Shown one piece after another: positions 16,711-25,164 of a stretch of DNA of 64,000 nt. Numbering within the stretch: the first letter of the stretch is position 1; every line of letters starts with the position of its first letter. The notes beneath the pieces are model-generated. The model made no database searches. It saw only the letters and a list, made by a program, of their open reading frames with translations, and was not told the origin of the DNA. Origin of the DNA: an uncultured Acidobacteriota bacterium (GTDB taxonomy: Bacteria > Acidobacteriota > Thermoanaerobaculia > Multivoradales > JAHEKO01); NCBI GenBank assembly GCA_963713825.1, contig CAVQNG010000003.1, forward strand, positions 1,760,001-1,824,000, read 5' to 3'. Made by a program: the position numbers and the translations under genes.

Positions 16711-17628
16711 ATGAGAGCCATGATTCTGATTGTTGTCGCCTGCCTACTCCTGGTGCCGGTAGCGTCCACTGCGGAGGAGGCTCCCGCCGCGCCACCTACG
16801 ATGCCGGAGGTTCTGGAGAGCTCTGCTACCTCTGATTGGCAGCCTCTCGACCCTGCAAACACCCTGGTTCTGGATCTGTCGGGCGGTCGGGTGATCATGG
16901 CGCTGGCGCCCGACTTTGCGCCCGATCATGTCGACAACATCAAGGCCCTGGTTGCGGAGCGGTTCTACGATGATCTGGTCGTGGTGCGGTCGCAGGACAA
17001 CTACGTCGTGCAGTGGGGCGACCCGGCCGAGGATCCTGAAGACCGCAAGCCCGTCAAGAAGGCCCGCGCCTCACTTGCCCCAGAGTTCGATCGGGCCCTG
17101 AGCGATGATCTGCCGGTCACGCTGCTCGCCGATGGTGATGTCTATGCGCCACAGGTGGGATTCGCTGGTGGATTTCCGGTGGCTGTCGACCCGAAGGCCG
17201 GGCGCATGTGGCTGACACACTGCTACGGCATGGTCGGCGTGGGTCGCGATGTCGCACTCGACTCAGGCAACGGTGGCGAGATGTACGTCGTCATCGGCCA
17301 GGCACCTCGCCACCTGGATCTCAATGTCACCCTGGTCGGCAGGGTCGTGAAGGGGATCGAGCATCTCTCGACCCTGCCTCGAGGCACTGGGCCGTTGGGT
17401 TTCTATGAAGAACCCGAGCAGTTTGTCGAGATCGAATCGATGCGCCTCGGCAGCGAGATCCCGAGGTCCGACTGGCAAGACTGGGAGATCCTGCGGACTG
17501 ACACGCCGACCTTCGAGGCCCTCGTCGAGTCACGACGCAATCGCCACGAGTCGTGGTTTGCCTCACCGACTGGCCACATCGGGCTCTGCAACGTCCCCCT
17601 GCCCGTGCGGCCAGTCGCCGAGAACTGA
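16711..17628 (+). CDS. Secreted cyclophilin-type peptidyl-prolyl isomerase
   Basis: Signal peptide; FAPDHVDNIKAL, FYDDL, RSQDNYVVQWGD, YVVIGQAPRHLD and VGRVVKG. Confidence 0.88.
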   Translation: MRAMILIVVACLLLVPVASTAEEAPAAPPTMPEVLESSATSDWQPLDPANTLVLDLSGGRVIMALAPDFAPDHVDNIKALVAERFYDDLVVVRSQDNYVVQWGDPAEDPEDRKPVKKARASLAPEFDRALSDDLPVTLLADGDVYAPQVGFAGGFPVAVDPKAGRMWLTHCYGMVGVGRDVALDSGNGGEMYVVIGQAPRHLDLNVTLVGRVVKGIEHLSTLPRGTGPLGFYEEPEQFVEIESMRLGSEIPRSDWQDWEILRTDTPTFEALVESRRNRHESWFASPTGHIGLCNVPLPVRPVAEN

Positions 17629-17641
17629 GTTTCTTCGCGAA

Positions 17642-18880
17642 TCAGCCTTCGTGGTGGATCCTCATCTCTTCCGCCATCTTCTGGATGTCGGCGAGGTCGC
17701 GGACCATCTCACTCCAGCCGTACCAGAGCGCGTAGTCGGGGTTGGCGTGGAACGCGCCCTGGAATGCCCGCATCCGATGCTTCAGATGCATCTCGAACAG
17801 GGTCTGCTCGATCGGCGTCGGGGCATCGTGGAACGTCAGCAGATCCGGAAAGGCGTAGGCATAACCTTCGGGCTTCTCGAGAATGCCGTCGGCATAGAGG
17901 CCGGTAATGACGCGGATCGCCTCGGCCAGCAGATGGTCCACTTCGCGAATCAGGTCATCACCCTTGGCCATTTCGGCCTTGGCGAAGCTCTCGGAGTGAC
18001 AGTCGCTGCAAGCCTCCAGAATCTTGGCCCGCTCGGCGTCGAACTCCTCCTGGGTCAGGCGCGCGACCTGAGCCGCCTTGACGACTTCCAGGCGGGCAGT
18101 CGGATTGCCCTCCGGATCGAGCACGCCCAGAGCCTGCAGAATCGTGATCTGGTCGGCCTTCCACTGCGGGTCCTCGGGAAGCGGCAGCCGGACCGCGAGG
18201 AAGCCCCACGGGGTGCGGACCTCATGATCACCGTTGCGCATGTGGCAGGTCTGGCAGGTCGGGGCGGCCGCGGTCTCGGGCAGGATGCCGTTCTGTTTCA
18301 GGAGATAGCGCACACCGTGCTTCGAAGCGGAGTACATCTCCCACTGCGGATGGTCGAAGCCCATGTGGCAGGTCTGGCAGGCCTGGGGCTGCCGAGCTTC
18401 CTCGAGAGAGAAGGCGTGTCTTGTATGGCAGGCGTCGCAGGAGGCGTGGCCGAATTTCGAACCCTCGTCCTTGAGCTGCTGGATGACCTCTTCGGATTTG
18501 ATGCCCAGCTTATGACAACCGCCGCAGCCCTTCATGCCCTGGGTCAGCGCCATCGGCAGTGCATGGGTGGTGGGCATGGCTTCCATGGCCGCCCAGGCCA
18601 GTGCGTGCTTGCCGGCGGAGAACTGCGTCACCTGGTCGGAATGACATTCGTTACAGGTGTTGAGCGTCGGCAATGAGACTTTGTCGATGTCGTCGGCACT
18701 CGAATGTCCATCTCCGTGGCAGGCGTCGCAGGCGATATCGGCCTCCGAGTGCTTGCTCAGATTCCAGTCGTCGACGATATTGGGCGTGACCTCCGTGTGG
18801 CAGTCCACACAAACGTTGGCCGCGGATGGAGCCGCCAAGAGGACAAAGCTGCACAGGGTTAGCAGTATGGCTCGAGACAT
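17642..18880 (-). CDS. Octaheme cytochrome c, hydroxylamine oxidoreductase (HAO) family
   Basis: Signal peptide; eight CxxCH motifs (CVDCH, CDACH, CNECH, CGGCH, CDACH, CQTCH, CQTCH, CSDCH); CHTRHAFS, CHMGFDHPQWEMY..SKHG and FHANPDY. Confidence 0.9.
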   Translation of the reverse strand: MSRAILLTLCSFVLLAAPSAANVCVDCHTEVTPNIVDDWNLSKHSEADIACDACHGDGHSSADDIDKVSLPTLNTCNECHSDQVTQFSAGKHALAWAAMEAMPTTHALPMALTQGMKGCGGCHKLGIKSEEVIQQLKDEGSKFGHASCDACHTRHAFSLEEARQPQACQTCHMGFDHPQWEMYSASKHGVRYLLKQNGILPETAAAPTCQTCHMRNGDHEVRTPWGFLAVRLPLPEDPQWKADQITILQALGVLDPEGNPTARLEVVKAAQVARLTQEEFDAERAKILEACSDCHSESFAKAEMAKGDDLIREVDHLLAEAIRVITGLYADGILEKPEGYAYAFPDLLTFHDAPTPIEQTLFEMHLKHRMRAFQGAFHANPDYALWYGWSEMVRDLADIQKMAEEMRIHHEG

Positions 18881-19106
18881 GGTCTTTCCTCCCCGAGTTG
18901 GCGCACATGCCGAGCGGATTTGCGGAGTTCGCCCCAGTGTGCGAATCGATGGTTACTGCTTGAAATCATTCTAGTGCAATTTACTGGTGAGACGGGGTGG
19001 ATGGACATGATAGGCGTCATGTCATGGCTCGTTCGAGATGAGTCAGCCGCTCGAACCTCGGATCTCGGCTAGAATCTCCGCACCACTTTGGAAAGGAGAA
19101 GTTGCG

Positions 19107-19679
19107 ATGCGTGGAACTGCTTTGCTCGTCTGTCTGGTGCTGTCTCTGGCCGCTCCGGCTCTCGCCGAACATCACGAGGGCGATGGCTCGATGTTCACGG
19201 GCACCATGGCCGGCAATTTCGAGTTCGTTTCAGGTCGGTTGGTGCAATTGGCCGAGGCGATGCCAGAAGAGCTTTTCACCTGGCGGCCTGCCGAAGGCGT
19301 TCGATCGACTTCGGAGACCCTGATGCACGTGGTGGGCGCCAATTTCGGGTTGCCCATGATGCTTGGTGTGGCCCCGCCGGACGGGATGGAGATGTCCGAG
19401 GACATGAGGGCGAAGATGCAGGAGATGGAGAAGAACGTGACGGCCAAGGCGGATGTCATCGCCAAGCTCCAGAAGTCGATCGCTTACGGTAAGGGCGCCA
19501 TCGGTGATTTTCCCACCGCCAACCTTGGTGATGAGGTCGAGTTCTTCGGGATGAAGATGACGAAAGGCGGCGTGCTACTGATCCTTCTCAGTCACTCCCA
19601 CGAACACCTTGGCCAGCTGATAGCCTACGCCCGAAGCAACGATGTCGTGCCGCCCTGGAGCGAGCCGAAGCCCGAGTAA
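19107..19679 (+). CDS. Secreted DinB-family protein
   Basis: AAGGAG RBS; signal peptide; WRPAEGVRSTSETLMHV and HSHEHLGQLIAYAR..VVPPWS. Confidence 0.88.
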   Translation: MRGTALLVCLVLSLAAPALAEHHEGDGSMFTGTMAGNFEFVSGRLVQLAEAMPEELFTWRPAEGVRSTSETLMHVVGANFGLPMMLGVAPPDGMEMSEDMRAKMQEMEKNVTAKADVIAKLQKSIAYGKGAIGDFPTANLGDEVEFFGMKMTKGGVLLILLSHSHEHLGQLIAYARSNDVVPPWSEPKPE

Positions 19680-19702
19680 CCCGAGTACAAGGAGGAGGCA
19701 CC

Positions 19703-20998
19703 ATGAGATCTATGGGTGTCGCTTTGGTGATGTTGGTCGCGTTGTCCCCAGCGGTCGTGAGCGGGGCTACGTTCACCGTCACTTCAACCGCTGACAGTGG
19801 TGTAGGGACGCTACGGCAGGCGATCATCGATGCCAACGCGAATCCGGGTGAGGACAGGATCGAGTTCGCAATCCCCGAGGGAGAATGCTCGGCGGCGGGC
19901 GTCTGCACGATCGACCTCCTCGCCTTTCCGGAGGCGATCGATGAGGCTGTCGTCGTCGATGGCACGACTCAGCCCCGGTATGGCACGGCTCCAGCCAACG
20001 TGTGTGCCACGGAGACAGCCCCTTCCTATATGCGGGTCGAGATTCTGGGGGACCCTTCGGGCTTCTTCTCCCGCCACACGTTCCAGGTCGTCAGTGGGGA
20101 TCCGAGCACTATTCGCGGGCTTGCGTTGAGTCGGGGATATCCCATTGGCTTGAGATCCTCCGGTGCTCACCGTGTCCAGTGCACCCACATCGGGGTATCC
20201 GCCGATGGTTTCACCAGGGTCAGCACTTCCTCCGGAATTGTCATCGACCAGGGTGGCAATGGGGCCATCATCGGCCTCGACGGTGACGGTGTCGACGACC
20301 TGGCCGAGCGCAACGTCATCGCTGCGGGGATCGGCGTCTATATCAATGGGAACCGGAACAATGTCGTTGCCGGGAATTACTTCGGATTGGGGGCTGACGG
20401 GGTGACATCTCTGGGGTCGTCCCTGGGTGTGTACATTCGACAGGGCTCCTCGAACAACCTGGTAGGCACCAACGAGGACGATGTCTCGGATGACCTGGAG
20501 CGCAATGTGATCGGCAATTGCACCACTGGGATCAATCTCGATTCGAATGCCGGTAGTGGGGATGGGAACCTCGTCGTCGGGAATTGGATCGGGGTGGATG
20601 CCACAGGTGCCATGGCGCCAAACACGACCGCGATCTGGCTCACAGAAGGCGGCATCGATCACGAGATCCGCGACAACCAGATTCGGTGGAGCGCTGTCGG
20701 CATCAAGATCGAAGAGGATTCGTCGATGGGTGCCCTGTCGACCGGCAATTGCGTGGAAGACAACGTCGATGGTGTCATTCACGAGGGCACGGGTGTGGCG
20801 ACCTTTGAAAACAACTGGTGGGGAGCCGCGGACGGTCCCACCGGCGATGGTGCGGGGTCGGGCGACAGCGTCTCGGTTACGGGCACCGGCAGCCTGGACT
20901 TCGATCCCTGGCTCTCGAGCGTGCCGCCCCAATGCGAGATCTTCTCCGACGGCTTCGAGTCGGGAGACACCGATGCCTGGTCAGGCTCGATGCCCTGA
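19703..20998 (+). CDS. Secreted parallel beta-helix protein with CSLREA-like N-terminus and C-terminal FxDGFE..W motif
   Basis: Signal peptide; TFTVTSTADSGVGTLRQAIIDAN; repeated N.V.GN..G...G coils; NNWWG; ends IFSDGFESGDTDAWSGSMP. Confidence 0.85.
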   Translation: MRSMGVALVMLVALSPAVVSGATFTVTSTADSGVGTLRQAIIDANANPGEDRIEFAIPEGECSAAGVCTIDLLAFPEAIDEAVVVDGTTQPRYGTAPANVCATETAPSYMRVEILGDPSGFFSRHTFQVVSGDPSTIRGLALSRGYPIGLRSSGAHRVQCTHIGVSADGFTRVSTSSGIVIDQGGNGAIIGLDGDGVDDLAERNVIAAGIGVYINGNRNNVVAGNYFGLGADGVTSLGSSLGVYIRQGSSNNLVGTNEDDVSDDLERNVIGNCTTGINLDSNAGSGDGNLVVGNWIGVDATGAMAPNTTAIWLTEGGIDHEIRDNQIRWSAVGIKIEEDSSMGALSTGNCVEDNVDGVIHEGTGVATFENNWWGAADGPTGDGAGSGDSVSVTGTGSLDFDPWLSSVPPQCEIFSDGFESGDTDAWSGSMP

Positions 20999-21051
20999 CG
21001 AGACTCCGACTTGAAGAGATTCCAGCTAGCCTGCAGGCAAAGTAGAGGGAC

Positions 21052-21309
21052 TTACTTGGGCTCGATCGGTGGTGGGGCTTCGCTCCTGCCAGGAGCGGTG
21101 AAGCGCTTCTCTTTCAGGGTGCTGATCAACGTGTCGAAGTCCGTCATGGGACCGCCTTCTGTTTCGGTGGTCTCTGTCGTCTGGGGCGGCCTCTGGACTG
21201 GGACCTCGTCCTCATCGCTTTTCTTCCCACGAAACAAGCGAGGCAGAACTCTGGTGACAACGACGAAGATCGCAATGATGAGCCAGGCCCAGCTACCAAT
21301 ATCTTCCAT
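21052..21309 (-). CDS. Small single-pass membrane protein, hypothetical
   Basis: AGGAAG RBS; N-terminal hydrophobic helix followed by a charged tail; fills the gap between two genes. Confidence 0.6.
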   Translation of the reverse strand: MEDIGSWAWLIIAIFVVVTRVLPRLFRGKKSDEDEVPVQRPPQTTETTETEGGPMTDFDTLISTLKEKRFTAPGRSEAPPPIEPK

Positions 21310-21365
21310 GATCTTCCTACATCATACCTCCCCACCGGGCATGCGCTACAATGCGCCTACCTTTT

Positions 21366-24047
21366 ATGACACTTGAAGCTGGAAGCAAGCTCGGCCCGTA
21401 CGAGATCGTCGAGCCCCTGGGTGCTGGGGGCATGGGTGAGGTGTATCGGGCTCGAGATACGCGTCTCGAGCGCGAGGTAGCGATCAAGGTCCTGCCCGAG
21501 CATCTTTCCGAAAGCCCAGAGCTGCGCCAGAGGCTGGAGCGCGAGGCGCGGGTCGTGTCGAGCCTTCAACACCCGAATATCTGCACACTGCACGACATCG
21601 GCTCCGAGAACGGGATCGACTTCCTGGTCATGGAGTACCTGGACGGCGACACCCTCGCGGCACGGCTCGAGAAGGGCCCGGTGCCGATGCACGAGCTGTT
21701 TCCGATTGCGACATCGATCGCCGACGCACTCGACAAGGCGCATCGCCAGGGACTCGTGCACCGCGATCTGAAGCCCGGCAACATCATGCTGACTCGCACT
21801 GGTGCCAAGCTCCTCGACTTCGGGCTGGCCAAGGGCTCTGCGGCGCTGTCGGATCCCACAGCTCCGACCCAATCGCCAACGATGAGCCCGCTCACCACCG
21901 AGGGAATGCTGGTGGGTACGTTTCAGTACATGGCCCCCGAACAGCTCGAAGGCAAGGAAGCCGACGCCAGAAGCGACCTGTTCGCCTTCGGCTCGGTGCT
22001 GTACGAGATGGCGACCGGTCAGCGGGCTTTCCAGGGCGAGACCCAGGCGAGCTTGATCGCGTCGGTTCTGGACCGTGAGCCGGCTCCGTTGACCGAGTTG
22101 CAGCCTCTGGCACCACCTGCCCTCGACAGGGTCATCCGTACCTGTCACGCGAAGGATCCCGACGACCGCTTCCAGAGCGCCCATGATCTGAAACTGCAGA
22201 TGGAGTGGATTCGAGACGCCGGTTCTCAGGCCGGCGTGCCGATGCCTGTCGCCACGCGTCGCAAGACTCGCGAGCGGCTCGCCTGGGGCGTGGCCGCGAT
22301 TTTCGCAATCGCTGCGCTCGCCGCCGGCGCCCTACTGATGCGCGACACCTCTCCCGAGCAGCGCGTCCTCCGAGCCGAGATTGCTCCCGCGGCAGATACC
22401 GTCTTCAGCCTCAGCCCCTCAGCGCCAGGCCCCGTGACTGTCTCGCCAGACGGGCGGAAGCTCGCCTGGGCCGCGGTCGGAAGGAACGGTAACACCATGC
22501 TGTGGGTCCGTTCGCTCGACGAGACCACATCGCGGGAGATCGAAGGCAGCGAGAGTGCTTCTTATCCCTTTTGGTCGCCGGACAGTCGCCAGGTGGGGTA
22601 CTTCGCCGAAGGCAAGTTGAAGAAAGTCGATGCCGTCGGTGGCCCTTCCATCGCCCTCACCGATGCCACGAATCCCAAAGGGGGGACTTGGAACGAAGAC
22701 GGCGTGATTCTCTTCACTCCTGTTCACAACGGCCCGATCCACAAGGTCTCTGCTAACGGAGGGCCGTCGGAACCCATCACGGAGCTCAGTGCAGAAAGAC
22801 AGGAGAACAGCCACCGTCATCCTCGATTCCTTCCTGATGGCCGACACTTCGCTTACTTCACCAGAGTGGGAGCCATGGGCACGGCCGTCGCAGGCAGTGG
22901 TATCTGGATCGCTTCGCTCGACGGCGGGGAGCCACAGCGCCTGGCCAACTCCTCCTCCCAGGCCGAGTACGCCTCTGGGCACCTGCTATTCGCTCGAGGT
23001 GACGCTCTCCTTGCTCAGCGATTCGATCTCGACCGACTCGAATTCGACGGTGAACCAAAACCACTGGTCGAAGGTGTGGTTGCCATGTCGGGTGCCGCGA
23101 TTGCGGCCTTTTCCGTTTCGCAGCAGGGACTGCTGGCCTACCAGATCGGTGGTGGGGACTTGACGACCCAGCTCGCGTGGTACAACCGCGAGGGGGCCCG
23201 TCTCAAGTCCGTGGGCGACCCGGCCTTTCACAGCGGACCGGCGCTCTCCCCAGATCAGACACGAGCGGCTGTCACGGTTGGTGATAGCGAGACCGGTGCG
23301 GGCGACATCTGGATCTACGATCTCGATCGAGATGTTCGCAGCCGCTTTACGTTCGACCCCTCCGAAGATGTCGGTGCCATCTGGTCGCCAGACGGCAAGC
23401 GAATCATCTGGGCCTCTTCTCGGGTGGCGGACTTCGACCTGTTCGGCAAAGACGTGGAAGGAGCTGGCACGGACGAAGAGCTCTTGGTCGAAGCAGTTGT
23501 CAATCTTCCCATGAGCGTTTCTCCGGACGGGCGCTACGTGGTCTACGTCAAGGGACTTGGCGGCGGCGTCAGTCATTCGGATCTCAGGATTCTGCCTCTC
23601 GAGCAGGGGGCTGAGCCGTATGATTTCGTTGCCACCGAGTTCAACGAGTGGGCGGCGCAGTTCTCACCCAATGGGCGGTGGATCGCCTACCAGTCGGACG
23701 AGTCAGGTCGTCCTGAGATCTATGTCACGACCTTCCCGGATGCGGGTCGCAAGTGGCAGGTGTCGACGGATGGCGGCGCCCAGCCTCGATGGAGAGGTGA
23801 CGGCCGTGAGCTCTATTACCTGACGCCCGCCGCCACTCTCATGGTGGCCGAAGTCGATCCAACCGGTGAGGGATTTCAGATCGGCGAGCTCATCGAGCTC
23901 TTCGACACCCCTCGACTGCAGAACGGAGTCTTCGACTACGACGTTACCTCCGACGGTGAGGGTTTCCTGATGAACACCGTCGGCGACAGCGCCTTCGAGC
24001 CCATCACCCTGGTCGTCAACTGGACCGCCGAGCTCGAGAACCGCTGA
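21366..24047 (+). CDS. Hanks-type Ser/Thr kinase with TM helix and TolB/PD40 beta-propeller
   Basis: GAGGMGEV, HRDLKPGN, DFG and YMAPEQ; TM helix; WSPD repeats; paralogue of 13831-16587. Confidence 0.95.
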   Translation: MTLEAGSKLGPYEIVEPLGAGGMGEVYRARDTRLEREVAIKVLPEHLSESPELRQRLEREARVVSSLQHPNICTLHDIGSENGIDFLVMEYLDGDTLAARLEKGPVPMHELFPIATSIADALDKAHRQGLVHRDLKPGNIMLTRTGAKLLDFGLAKGSAALSDPTAPTQSPTMSPLTTEGMLVGTFQYMAPEQLEGKEADARSDLFAFGSVLYEMATGQRAFQGETQASLIASVLDREPAPLTELQPLAPPALDRVIRTCHAKDPDDRFQSAHDLKLQMEWIRDAGSQAGVPMPVATRRKTRERLAWGVAAIFAIAALAAGALLMRDTSPEQRVLRAEIAPAADTVFSLSPSAPGPVTVSPDGRKLAWAAVGRNGNTMLWVRSLDETTSREIEGSESASYPFWSPDSRQVGYFAEGKLKKVDAVGGPSIALTDATNPKGGTWNEDGVILFTPVHNGPIHKVSANGGPSEPITELSAERQENSHRHPRFLPDGRHFAYFTRVGAMGTAVAGSGIWIASLDGGEPQRLANSSSQAEYASGHLLFARGDALLAQRFDLDRLEFDGEPKPLVEGVVAMSGAAIAAFSVSQQGLLAYQIGGGDLTTQLAWYNREGARLKSVGDPAFHSGPALSPDQTRAAVTVGDSETGAGDIWIYDLDRDVRSRFTFDPSEDVGAIWSPDGKRIIWASSRVADFDLFGKDVEGAGTDEELLVEAVVNLPMSVSPDGRYVVYVKGLGGGVSHSDLRILPLEQGAEPYDFVATEFNEWAAQFSPNGRWIAYQSDESGRPEIYVTTFPDAGRKWQVSTDGGAQPRWRGDGRELYYLTPAATLMVAEVDPTGEGFQIGELIELFDTPRLQNGVFDYDVTSDGEGFLMNTVGDSAFEPITLVVNWTAELENR

Positions 24048-24059
24048 CCGCGATTCAAG

Positions 24060-24127
24060 ATAGGGGAGGTTCTTGTGCTCCCGTCACGTCCTTGTTTTGA
24101 AGCGGCCGGCGCCCCTGCCGGCCTGAG
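24060..24127 (+). repeat. Composite of REP-like family B (24060-24083) and family A (24098-24127) between convergent genes
   Basis: ATAGGGGAGGTTCTTGTGCTCCCG and TGAAGC GGCCGGC GCCCCT GCCGGCC TGAG. Confidence 0.6.
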
Positions 24128-24133
24128 ACCGGT

Positions 24134-25090
24134 CTAGAGCCCCACCCGCTCGCCCTCCTCCGCCAATCGAAAACCCTTCTCGACTACCGCCTCGTACGCC
24201 TCGCTATCGGGCCAAAGGGCCGGGTTGGTGTGGTTGAGGTGGATGAAGCGGACCTTCGCCTTGTCTTCGGGTGCCAGCCCATCGAAGCGGTTCATGGAGT
24301 GGGTGATGAAGGGGTGAGGGAAGCCGCTCATGTCTCGACCAGGGATCTCGCCGTTGGCGAAGAAGGTGCCATCCAGGTAGGCGATGTCGACCGTCGCTAG
24401 GACCTCCTCGATGCGGGTGCCCATCTCGTCCCACTCCTCCCAGCTGTCGATGTCGGGGATGAAGAGAGCGGAGCGATTTGGGCCCTCGATCTGGAATCCG
24501 ACGACTTCGGAGTATTCCTGACGGTGAGGCACCAGGAAGGGCGTGACGGAAAGCCGCTCATTCAGCTGAGCGGCAGCGCCGTCTTCCAGCGGCTTCAGCT
24601 CGATGTTGTCGTAGGAGACGAGCTGACTCCACGGTCCGTTGGTGCGAAGGTACTCTCGCATTCGAGGCATGGCGAAGACCGGGACACCCTTGGAGCCCAT
24701 GGCCTCGTAGCCAAGGTGCATCAGTCCGGGGTAGTGCCCCATGTGTGCATGAGTCAGGAAGATTCCATCTAGCCCAGGCTTGCCCTCGGCGGGTGCAATC
24801 ACGTCGAGCCGGTGAAGTTGCTCTCGGAAGTCGGGTGTGGCGTCGAAGATCCACCGCTGCTGGCTGACCGGATCGACGAGAGCCAGGCTCGTTGCCAGCC
24901 TGCGGTGTGCCGGGTCCGACCAGCCCGGATGCTCCTTCGTGCCGGCCTGAGGGACGCCCCCGTCCTGGGAGATGCCGAGCACGACGAGATAGGGTGTGGT
25001 CTCTCCGGTCGCTGATTCCGGTCGGTCCACTGCCCAAACGAGGGCCGCGGCCAGGAGCAGGGTGCTACCGATTCCGACACGAATCACCAT
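24134..25090 (-). CDS. PqqB-like metallo-beta-lactamase fold hydrolase with signal peptide
   Basis: LGISQDGGVPQ, DATPDFREQ, LTHAHMGHY, VPHR, DGTFF and FIHLNHTNP. Confidence 0.87.
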   Translation of the reverse strand: MVIRVGIGSTLLLAAALVWAVDRPESATGETTPYLVVLGISQDGGVPQAGTKEHPGWSDPAHRRLATSLALVDPVSQQRWIFDATPDFREQLHRLDVIAPAEGKPGLDGIFLTHAHMGHYPGLMHLGYEAMGSKGVPVFAMPRMREYLRTNGPWSQLVSYDNIELKPLEDGAAAQLNERLSVTPFLVPHRQEYSEVVGFQIEGPNRSALFIPDIDSWEEWDEMGTRIEEVLATVDIAYLDGTFFANGEIPGRDMSGFPHPFITHSMNRFDGLAPEDKAKVRFIHLNHTNPALWPDSEAYEAVVEKGFRLAEEGERVGL

Positions 25091-25164
25091 TCGGGGAGCT
25101 CCTTTCGAGATCTCCCTTCCATCTTCTCATTTGGCGAAGTGATGGGGCCGCTTGGGCTTCGGCT

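Noticed and set aside
20939-20998. C-terminal motif as PEP-CTERM, sortase, T9SS or autotransporter signal
   Set aside because: No transmembrane helix or basic tail, too short for a T9SS CTD, and no terminal aromatic residue or beta-barrel; kept as a separate unknown signal.
24134-25090. PQQ biosynthesis locus
   Set aside because: Only a PqqB-like fold is present; no other pqq genes are in the window.
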